Assembly: GCA_973895155.1 (NCBI GenBank)
Contig: OZ316895.1
Location: 8,172,184-8,236,183, forward strand
DNA: 64,000 nucleotides
Direction of reading: 5' to 3'
From: Marsupella aquatica
Lineage: Eukaryota > Plantae > Marchantiophyta
Positions within the stretch are counted from its first letter, which is position 1. Every line of letters starts with the position of its first letter. The notes beneath the pieces are model-generated. The model was not told where the DNA came from and did not search any database. It saw only the letters and a list, made by a program, of their open reading frames with translations. The translations under genes and the position numbers were made by a program. Positions 1 through 9,909 of this stretch are shown here, piece after piece.

Positions 1-120
1 AAGAGAAGTGTCCAAGACTTCTCACCTGAGGCTTTGCTAAACAATTTTAGGAAAAAAACTAGAAATGTTGAAATCTTGTGGTACCAGGTTTTTGTCATGG
101 CTAGTGGCTCTTTAAGTGGG

Positions 121-293
121 CTCTTCACTCCACCTATTACCTGGGGTGTGCATTACCTGATTGACCTAATTTACCCATTTGCTGTGGAGCTGAGCTTTAC
201 AGGTCTCTTCACCCGACCTGTTACCCGGAGTGTGTTACCAGGTGACCTATTTTACCTGTTTCCTGTGGAGCTTTACAGGATCTTTGACCGACC
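121..293. repeat. Degenerate tandem duplication, ~80-bp unit, about 2.3 copies
   Basis: CTCTTCAC..ACCT.TTACC.GG.GTGTG..TTACC.G.TGACCTA.TTTACC..TTT.CTGTGGAGCT..TTACAGG recurs at 121 and 205, with a partial third copy at ~281. Confidence 0.6.
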
Positions 294-455
294 TTGGACC
301 ATTTTCTATGGTCTTCTGCAGTACATCATGTTGATCAGAGGCTTTATTCCCCAATGTTTGTCATCCCGATCTCATTTTTCAGACAGCAAGTGTCTCTTGC
401 ACTCTGGAGGACTCAGACATTCACTATTTTTTGTTGGGGTGGGGCGGTTGGTGCT

Positions 456-787
456 TGTTAGAGTTGACTCTAGTCTTGGATTAACTTCTAGTTACTTACT
501 TAGGCTAAACCACCATTAGGGTGGTAATGGTGATTAGCTGCAACTCTTGCATCTAGCATACTAAGGGGCTAGGGAGAGCTCGTCTTGGAATCATGCTCAT
601 ATTTGAGAGAGCTAGCTAGGTGCTAGGAGGAGAGCTTGTACTAGGATGTTGGCCATGGTGGCCAAAGCTTAGTATAGCTCTTGTGTGTTCCCATGGATGT
701 AGCCTTGGCGGAGGTGAACCACTTGGCATCAATGTGTGCATGTTTGCTGGTGGTGCTCATGGTTGTATCGTGTCGGTTTTCCCACCA
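456..787 (+). mobile_element. Solo LTR related to the copia family at 17322-24184
   Basis: Starts TGTTAGAGTTGACTCTAGTCTTG (cf. copia LTR TGTTAGATATTGCTCTAGTCTTG). Shares the core GCTCTTGTGTGTTCCC.TGGA.GTAGCC...GGAGGTGAACCA and ends CA at 787. Flanks GTGCT (451-455) and GTGTT (788-792) form a 5-bp TSD with one transition. Confidence 0.75.
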
Positions 788-2099
788 GTGTTAGGGTATG
801 TAGTTTGTGGAATGTAGTCAGATTCCACAGACTACTTGACCCTCCTATACAGTTCACCTTGGACCTTTACCAGCTCTTCAGTTTTATTACCAAATGGTAG
901 AATTATGGACTTCAGCTTACCAAATTGTAGAATTGTGGGTTTTCTGTTCTTTGTTGTTTTTGCCGTGGGCCTCTTCCTGGGTCACTTGGGGTTTTGGCTC
1001 TTTGGTTGCCCCCCCCCCTGAATTTTAGAGACTCACCCTACCCTCAATGTGTACTTTTCATTGGCACTCCCAATGAAGGTTCTAGAGGTATATGCTTGAT
1101 GGAACCCCAAAATGAAGTGTGACTTGATGGACCCCATAAGTGATCTAGACCGTTGATAGACCTTAATGCAACATACCCAAAACCTCATGGGGTTTGTTGG
1201 GGAGAAAGCCATGGTTTGGGGTACCTCTAACTTACTCCTTAGAGTCACTATCTAGAAGGTTAGTTGTAGACCCTGAACTCTGAATTGTAATTATTTGATT
1301 ATGATTATGGAGTGAAAATAAAATTTATCGGGCATGCTCTTAAACCACAACTACATGTATAAGAGGTATGGGTCACCCGTAGCCCTCGTTATACAATGTA
1401 CACATCCAGGTTCACTAGCAATGTACTTGGGCTCCACTTTTTAAGGTAAGTACACTCTTCATTAGGGGACATGAATGAGTAGTAGCTGGGCAGGAATGGG
1501 CCCTTTAAATGGGCAGGTTTGGTTTCTTGGTAACTTTTCATAATATTTATTAAGTTTTTGATAAGCTGCTCATAATGGTAATTTTTCTTGCCATCTTTAA
1601 TTTTTAATTTATTCTATGACATTTTTTGGGGTCATGTAACCCTTTTTAATTTTTATTAGAATCATATTTTGGTTCATAATTCCATCAAATTGTGTATTCA
1701 TTATGTATCACTTGTGTGAGGAGGCATGTATAGACCTGTATAATTGTGCATCATCCCATGTGAAGCAAGTTTGTAAAGCTATGTTAAGGGTGGATCTGCA
1801 AGAAAGTTTTATTTGCAAATTAATGTCAATATTGTTTTGCCAAAACCCTAAACACACCTCTTTCTTACTCTACTAACCCTGTTGGATGATGTGTTGGCCT
1901 TGATAATGAATACACACTAAAGACATGATTTATCATCACTAACGCTTCATGTTAAATCTATGCCTAATCATGACCTCTGTACAACTAGAGCATAAACCAA
2001 CACAAAATATTTTGGGACCTGCAAACCAAGTGGTGCAAGAAAATATGTGTTTTGGTTTGCATTCTGGTAATGTAGTAAGAGTACTTATCAAAACTTCAT

Positions 2100-3095
2100 T
2101 TCACATCAAACAGATCTGTTGATAGGAGTAAGTGTAGGATGAGAAAAATTCACGCATATAACACATGTAATACGAACTAGAAGAATCCAAAATCCATTGA
2201 CAATCCTCAACTTGAGAAGTGGTGCACAATGCAAATCCTTTGACACTATCCTCTTATCGAACGACTACTAGTGTTGAAGACCTGTAATTTCCTTGAATTT
2301 GTCTTTGGTGCGAAATCCGACTTCATGTGGTCCACTTTGCCACACTTCTACAACTTCATCTCACTAGTAGTCTTAGACGGTGATTTGGATCTAGATTTGG
2401 ATCTAAACCTTCCTTGCTCCATTGGTAATGGGGTAAACCTATTATTTTAATAAAATGGTTTTGTGGTCTTGTCTCTTTCTACCAGCACTGCTGTTGATGA
2501 TGAGGTTGAGGTGCGATGTGCTGAAAAACCAGCTTAGACTGTATATCATCGATCAATAGGGCACTCATCACATCATTGTAGGATATAGTTGTCTAAGTGT
2601 CAGGGAAATAATAGAAGAACTCTTGACAAAGACTGATATGAAGGTTGTAATGAGCTCAAGAGGTGTAAGATTGTTTTCTTTTTGCTCAAACTCTCCCCCA
2701 AATTCTCCACGTCATTAAATTGATCAATATGATCTTGAATCTTGGCCCCATTGGTCATTCCGAATTGCATAAGCTTCAGACTTGCATACATTGAGTTTGA
2801 TATCTCATTTTTGTAGTACTTGTCGCGTAATGCCTTAAACAAGCCTGCCACCGTCTGTGTTGACTTTTCCTCAAACTTCTTGTTTACATTGTTATATGCT
2901 AACAATGCTTATTACCTGATCCTGGAGATCATGCCAATCCTCAGCTTCCATCTACTTGGGTTGAGGTCTTAGTACCTTCCCTAGGCCCATTGCCTTAAGT
3001 GCATCCCTTACATTACGTTCCCACATGGTATAGTCCATCCGACCATCAAATTTGTCCACCTCAAATGTTTGACCTCCAATCCTAGTAGTCACCAT
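2100..3095 (-). pseudogene. Degraded Ty1/copia gag fragment, extending into zinc knuckle and protease remnants
   Basis: ORFs 2952-3215 (FEVDKFDGRMDYTMWERNV) and 2600-2905 (KIQDHIDQFND...LLSSLQPSYQSL) match copia gag motifs and resemble the gag at 21459-22160. There are stops and frameshifts; the downstream boundary is approximate. Confidence 0.75.
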
Positions 3096-3520
3096 TGCTA
3101 GAATGTTGAATGTAGTGTTGAGTCTCCTTTCGAAAGAAATAAACTTTGAATGCTCAAATGTGGGATGTGAAAATAAGGCCAAGAATGAGAGTTGATGAAC
3201 ATTGAAACTGATCACTCTTGTGTGTAGCCCACAAGATAACGCTCCAAATTATGAAAATGGCTTAACAAATCGACTCTTGAGTGAGAAAATTTTTACTTCG
3301 ACCATCCGGGGGTAAAAAATGAAAAATACCCCTTGAGGTAATTTGTTATGCCAAATATTTCACCGGTATCCATTTTCCGGGCCATTTTCAAAACCATACA
3401 CACCAATATATATATGCCCAACTTCCCCAAGTACACTTCTCCAAAAGTTGAAGTTGATCCAATTTTGTTTGTTTTAATATAGTGACAATAGTTCAACACA
3501 AGATTGATTTAACCTCTACA

Positions 3521-4866
3521 TAATAGTCGTGGAACTCGACTACCTTAGCACTTAGCTCCAACGTCGCTGACTCCAACGCCGAGCTCCCTTATGGTCCAGG
3601 CCCGGATAGGCCATCCAGGGAGGACTTAGCATGGGGAGACTTGTGGGCAATGAGACGTGGCACTGACGAGGCAAGGGGCCAAGCTGGGGACACAAACTAA
3701 GGACTTGGACTAGCCTATGGTTGATCAGGTCAAGGGGAAATGGGCCGGACTCATGGATGGCCATCCGGACCGTCGGATGGGCTTTGAGTTCTGAGGGCTT
3801 GGAAGTGAGCTCCTCTTGGGCCCAAGGCCAATGGAGTTGACGCCATTGGCAATGGAAGCTTGGGGCGCAAGTTGTGGCCCGAGCCGGGTTGGGCCAGTCG
3901 GGGGCCCCGAGCGGCGATCAGACCTGAGGGCCTAGGCATGAGCATTGGGTCGGCCGGTCACAATGGACTAAGCCACTCCGCTTGCGGATGCCTATCAAGA
4001 AAGTTATGGGCGTTGCCAGTTGGTGGCGCGCCCATTATGCGCGATGGGATCCGGGTTGGGGGCCAAATGTTTTGGGACCAAAGCTGGTCCGGGGGTGGCA
4101 GGTCTCCAAAAGCATATATGAGGGGAGTGGTGTCTCCCTGGGGGCTAAAGGCGAGCCGAAGTCGTGAGCCGCGGCGGTCGCGACACTAAGGGAAACCGCC
4201 AAACAAAAATGGCGATATCTTCCCAACGGGAAGTCCGTTGGAGGACTTCTTAGGTGCATTGGAAAGCTCTTGAGGAGGGCTATGCCCTATTGAGCTCATC
4301 TGGGTCTGGGGGTGCCATGGGTTCTCGTGGTTTGCGGGTGTTAGCTCGCTCGCTTGCCAAATCCTGCCGAACAGCAGCCAAGCCGCGTTCAGTCTCCCAA
4401 GGGAGCTTGTGTTGGGGAGGCAAGGCCAAGTAGGTATGGAGGCTGGTCCCAAGGGCGCTCGGTCCCTAGACCATCAGTGGGGAAAACCGGGAGTCGGTGT
4501 TAGAGTCGGGGCCGTTCTGGTCCCGACATGTTGAGACAAGCTTGGGACAAGATTTAGGACAAGCTACACTATTTGGGCCATGAGCATGTCCTGAGGTCAG
4601 GGCGGTCAGTTGGTGATGGATAGGTACGAGGGGGAACCCGGGCCGCGCCCAAGGAAAGAGCTGTCCTGGACGGGCAGTGGGCGTGGGTTCTGGTTCCGAC
4701 TTATGGCATCGGGAGGACCTATCGCTGACCTATTTACCAACGTCTATTGAGCTTGAGTTAGGATGCTAGACTTGGCGAGTTCTAGATCCTGAAGGGTTAC
4801 TTATCGAGGTACGTGGTGGCTTGTGCAGATAGTGAGGACCGTTGAGTAGCGGTCGTGTAGGAGAGC
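3521..4866 (+). repeat. Chromovirus 5' LTR, left part
   Basis: Colinear with 14701-16064 up to ...GGTCGTGTAGGAGAGC. By hand count, about 20 substitutions in the first ~375 bp, nearly all transitions. Confidence 0.95.
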
Positions 4867-7800
4867 TGCGATGCCTAGCCAGGAATCACTAGGCCAGTTA
4901 AGTGGGGAAAACAGAGGTGTACCCTATAAACACATTAGTATAGTAACAAAAATAAGGAAAATATAAACAATTAACGGTGAATATGGAACCCGGGCCGAGG
5001 CCGGAAGTAAGGACGCCGGGGGAAAACATGATTAGGGTTAGGGCGCGCTAAGCATCGGCGGCTAGGGGTAACCAACGGGAGGAAAGACCAGAGGAGGAGA
5101 GAGGTAAGGACCGCTCGCGAGGAATGATGGCTCATTTGCAAGCATGAACTGGGCAGACGACTACGGAAGGCCAACTACTGTTAGTTGCTTAGGCAAGCAC
5201 CCTGAGCGGGAGCAGATACCAACGATCGACTCAAGGAGGGTATGAGCAACGTCAATCAAGTGGCACATTTTTGGGGATGCCTGTTCGAACGGGCAACTGA
5301 GTACATTAAGACTTACGAGGACGAGGAATCGGAGAGAGCAGCTCAAGAACGGCAGGAGCTCGCTCGACTGTGGGAGCTGCAGAAGTCTACCTTCTTAGGA
5401 GGAGAACTCATCAAGGCCGAGTTCTTGTGGACTCCTAATGCCAATCAGCTAGATGACCTTCTGTTTTGCAAAGACAGAATCATCGGCATTCGGGAAGCCA
5501 TCAACCGCTACAACAACGCGCACTGGGAGTTGAAGGGTAGCACAGAGGGGTGGATGAAGGCAACTATGCTAGGAGAAACATCCACGGCAGCCGAGATGAA
5601 GAGGAAAGGAAACAACACCGAAGAGGCCACACCGGCAAAAAGAACGAGGTCGACGGCACCAAGGAAGCCAGCAAAGCAGTAGAACAGGAGGCAGGGAGAA
5701 GCCAAAGAGGAGGAGGTCGATCCCATCAATGCCATTCCAACAAAGGATGACACCTAGAAAGGCTGGGCGGCGACCCTACCAGAGGAAGTGCAATTACATT
5801 TTGCACGGGAGGAGGATGCATGCTTTACGGCCATGCAGACCAAGAAGTACCAGGGCTTCATGGCCGGATCTGGCTTGGAAGCCTTCGTAAGATTACCATG
5901 GCTAAAGCCGGAGGTGCCAAACTCAGACTTATTAGAATTCGTGGGATCATGGGAACCCGAGACCAACTCCACGAGGGTGTATGGAAAGGATTTCTATCTC
6001 ACTCCCCGGGTGATTGCCGAGGTGTTTGGCTTGTCGATGGGTAATAAGACCAAAGTAGATACCAGGAAGACCTTACCTGACAAGGAGTTCTGGTCGTTCC
6101 CAGGACCATCAACGAAGAATGGCTTCTTCCGAAACACCTGCACCAACCCGCACATCGGAGAGATGATCGATTTCTTGCGGGTGACCATGCATTGTAACTT
6201 GCCGAGGGCAGAGATTGGCAAGGCTCAGGTCTACCTAGCAGAAAGGCCAGACCCAAGCCGGGATTACAATGGGTACCTCCTCAACCAACTGAAGAAGATC
6301 TTAAAGAAGGAACAGCAGGTACGTGATCGGCGTGGGAAGCGTGTCTCGGCTTGGCTATCACATGCCGCTGTTGTGTCGGTATGCCAGAAGTCAAATCTTT
6401 GCCCCAGTACTTCCCCTATCGGCAAGGGCACCGGAGGAGGTTCCGGAGCAGAGGCCGGCAACAGAAGAGCCCAACCAGCCTGCCAATCCTACGATCGAGC
6501 AGGTGTTTCGGCCAAGGAAAGAAGACTTGTCGATGCAGCAATCAGGCATGCAAAATCTGCTGAAATTGCTGGAGAAGGAGAGAACGGCACCAGCACCGGC
6601 AACGACACCGGCAACGGCAACGGCACCGGTACAGGACACTGCCCCAGAGGCTGGCCTAAGCCGACTCAGGAGGGAAAACCCCTTTACCGAAGCCAAGGAG
6701 AGAAGGAGGCCGGAACACAAGCCGAGAGTTCGAATGTATGTGGGAGCCTCAAGCCCCGAATCAAAGGCAGAGCAGCCTAAGGCTCCTTCCCGCGGAAACC
6801 AAAGGGAGAGGACAGCCTGGAAACCATAGGAGGAACCGGAGCCCGTGATCTATGAGGCAATTTTCACGGCAGGACCAGGGGAACAGAGGGGGAAGCCGGG
6901 AGTCCAAGCAGTGGAGGAGGCGGTGGAGGACTACAGTAATGATAACTCCGGCTATGGGTCGGATCATCATGTTCCAGGAGTAAGGACCTGAGGCCGGTTT
7001 ATCCCCACGCTTCCGCGAGTAGTTCGAGGGGACCCCACCCAACAGAGTAGCCCCGAGTCTCCCCCACCAGAGGTTGCTCCCCCAAGCTTTGACGGCATAA
7101 AGCAGACGGCACAAGAGTTTCAGGAGCGACTTAGGGAGGAAGAGAAAGCAGCCCTGGCACGGGAGAAAGATTTACCAGGAGGAGATTGGCCGGAGGACAT
7201 CAGGCGGCTTGCCGAAAAAAGAAGCAACCCTCTTGCCACCATAGAAGAAATCCGCAAGGCGGCTTGGGAACAGAGGCCGCGGTGGTTGATGCCGATGACT
7301 TCTACTTACTCCACCTGTGCTAAAGATAGAGCCATGGAGTACGGGAAAATGTGTGGGGATCTTGCGCTCAACATCTTTGGGGAGGAGTTGGAGCAGGGAC
7401 CATTTTTCCAGAGGGAGATGTTGGAGAAGCACCGATTAGAAGAAGCGGTGGGTTTGGAGAGAAACAAGAAGGACGTGGTCATCCGGCGGCTTAGGGAGAT
7501 GGAAGCCGAGGTGGAAGACCTGCAGGCAGCCAAGAAAGCCCAAGATAAGCTGCGGATTAAGCGGCATGAGCTAAACATCATGCAAGGACAATTGGATGCC
7601 GCTCAGTCTGGCAATCAGATTATCAAAGATAAATTGACTCGGACCCAAGGAGAGTTGGCCGGCGCGGTCAAGGACAGGGAGAAGTGGAAGCAGGAGCTGA
7701 GGGACGCAGAGGAGGCCCACATAACCGCCAACAACCGGGCCATGGCGGAGACTCAGAGAAGGGAGAGGGCGTTGAAAGGAGAGCTCAAGGATATCCACGG

Positions 7801-9609
7801 AGCCCTTGAGCAGAAGGAGGCTGAGTTAGGGAAATCCTATCAAGGGATTATTGCGCTGCAGCAGGAGCTTGCATTCCTGACGGCCAGCTTCAAGGCCAAT
7901 CTGCGTGAGAAGGACGACCAGCTTGACCAGACTTATGTCAAGATGAATAAGATGGAGTCTGAGGTCGTAGCGGAGCTCAACAAGGAGCTAAGAGCAACCC
8001 AAGAGGAGAGGGCTACCTTAAAATTGGACTTGGAGGAAGCCAAAAAGGAGTTGCAGGAGGGACAAAAGGACCTGGAGGAAGCCCAGGAGGAGTTGGAGGA
8101 AACCACCAGGAAGATGGAGAACTTACAGCGGTGGGCCGACAACCAAACGGAGCGGCTGAAGAAATAGGCCACAGTATTTAAGTGTTTGGCTTCATCTGGT
8201 CCAAATCCAATTGTGGGAACTCCGTTACCAGGAGGGGTACTGGCCGAAGGACAAGCCGAGACACAAGCCCCGGTGCCGGAGGTAGGTAGCAAAGGGAAGG
8301 GACCAGCTACCGAAACAGGGAAGAAGAAGAAGCGAAAACCTTCTGGGTCTGGGAGTTATACGGCTTACCAAGCCGTTGTGACCCAGGAGGTCAACCCGAC
8401 ACCAACTTCCGGCATGGTCACGGCAGTAGATCCACCTATTGAAGAAGGTGGAGATGATAGGCCCGAGGGTGGGACAGCTATTGATGAAGCCGAGGTACCG
8501 GATCCTCCACTAGAACATGTCGGGGAGGCCGAAGCCGTATCAAAGGCCGTGACCAATGCTGAGGCCGAAGCCGAGGGTGGACCCAGTCAAGCCGATGAAG
8601 AGTTGACTCGGTCCGGGGCAGGTAATCTGTTAGAGGACGGACCGACAGCAGTGGCTGCGGGGGAAGCATTGGGGGCGTCCATTGAGGATCCGCCACCGGT
8701 GTCGTGACGGTGCAAGGGCGCCGTTCCTTTTAGGAAGGGCGGACGTGGAGGTAGGAGGCGTGAGTGGGCAGGGCGGGCTCAGATCTCCAAGTTTAGGATT
8801 AGGATCAAGACCAGGAGACGGCCCTGACACTTAGATTAGTGGGATGGCGGATCCACTAGTAGGAGCAACACTTGTGCTCCTGCCTCGCTGTACAGTTAGA
8901 TAGATTACAGGTAGGATAGATTAAGCTTACGCAGCGAAGTTCTGGACAGATCCACTGCCAGGATAAATACTTGGGCAGCGAGGAGTCCAGGGCCTCTTCT
9001 TTAGCAAGTTTTTAGTTGCACCAGCAGGGCTGGGATCAAGTAGTAAGAGAAGCTCTCGGTTAGTTATACAGTGACCCTTGTGTATATTCATGTTTCCTCA
9101 TGCCTAAGAACTGAATAGAGTTGGCCTCACGGCTTAGTTCGCAGAGCTTGTGTATGAGATGTACTGTTTGTATGGCAAGTGCATGGTATAACTCAGTCAG
9201 AAGGAGTCATTTTGCTATTTGTGTGTCGCATTAACTTGTATGAAGAGTGCCCACATCAATGAAGGGAAGTAGCAAGGGAGTGAGAGTTGGATATGTCGAG
9301 CTGAGAGAGGTCTTAGCGGCTTAACCAAGCCAATTGGGGATCATTCCGGCGGCGGAATCCAAACATACCTAATGGAAGACCAGGAGAGGAATACAAGGGA
9401 AGGCCTAGAATAGGCCGGCTAAGTATCTCATGACCCGATGAAGGATCTGTCCAGTATATGTGTGTAAAATGTTAATAGTAGTAGAAGGAGAATTTGCAGC
9501 GTCCCATGCCGCTAAGCCCCGAAAACGGCCTCGCCAAGGATGAAACCTGTGGGAATCGGCTTGAGCAAGGGGGTTTTCTTGGATTTGGGGAGCCATGGGA
9601 CGCACCACA
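4867..9609. mobile_element. Nested 4743-bp TG...CA element (probable giant solo LTR or non-autonomous unit) carrying one long decayed ORF
   Basis: Absent from the sister 3' LTR, which reads GGAGAGCAAGTGC uninterrupted. Perfect TSD AGAGC (4862-4866, 9610-9614). Ends are TGCGATGCCT and AC GCACCACA (reverse complement TGTGGTGCGT, 7/10 identical). No terminal direct repeat seen. Confidence 0.85.
5242..8707 (+). pseudogene. Decayed ~1150-codon ORF: PMD/plant-transposon-domain-like region, low-complexity linker, long coiled coil, acidic tail
   Basis: ORFs 5242-5682 and 5788-6780 share frame 1; 6323-6829, 7286-8167 and 8186-8707 share frame 2. They are separated only by TAG/TGA stops (5680, 5755, 6827, 6989, 8165) and one frameshift near 6350-6390. 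The motif LLEFVGSWEPETNSTRVYGKDFYLTPRVIAEVFGL resembles PMD-type ERWxPETxTFxxxxGExTITLxDVxxLLGL; the domain call is by eye. Confidence 0.65.
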
Positions 9610-9762
9610 AGAGCAAGTGCAGCTTCGTATGGGAGGGGCCGCTGGAGGTGCAAGGGGCACTAGGATGCTTGCTCAAGGTATTACGTGGAGGCGTTCGGGC
9701 ACCGGGGGCACTTAGGCGTGAGTGCTGGGATTGGTGAGGGCGCTGGGTGGTGAGGTCCACCA
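9610..9762 (+). repeat. Chromovirus 5' LTR, right part (includes duplicated AGAGC)
   Basis: AGAGCAAGTGCAGCTTCGTATGGGAGGGGCC...GAGGTCCACCA matches 16060-16212. Confidence 0.95.
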
Positions 9763-9766
9763 CTTG

Positions 9767-9778
9767 TGGTATCAGAGC
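9767..9778 (+). promoter_or_regulatory. Primer binding site (initiator tRNA-Met)
   Basis: TGGTATCAGAGC lies 4 bp after the LTR end; canonical plant tRNAiMet PBS. Confidence 0.9.
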
Positions 9779-9909
9779 GATTGCTGGCATAGACACTGGG
9801 CCGGAGTTGTGCTAAGTCAGAATCCAAAAATCTTAACGGATTTTTGCGGGGACTTAGTGCTTCAACGTGTCCGGCGAGTCGACTACGGGTAGATTCGATC
9901 GCTGGGAAC

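Noticed and set aside
3552-4452. Several 60-150-aa ORFs within the chromovirus LTRs (also 14680-15178)
   Set aside because: GC-rich sequence with overlapping frames on both strands; indels between the two LTR copies break them and there are no recognisable motifs.
9480-9609. Purine run AGTAGAAGGAGAA followed by TG as PPT plus a short 3' LTR of the nested unit
   Set aside because: 9495-9609 has no direct-repeat counterpart at 4867, so a two-LTR structure is not supported.
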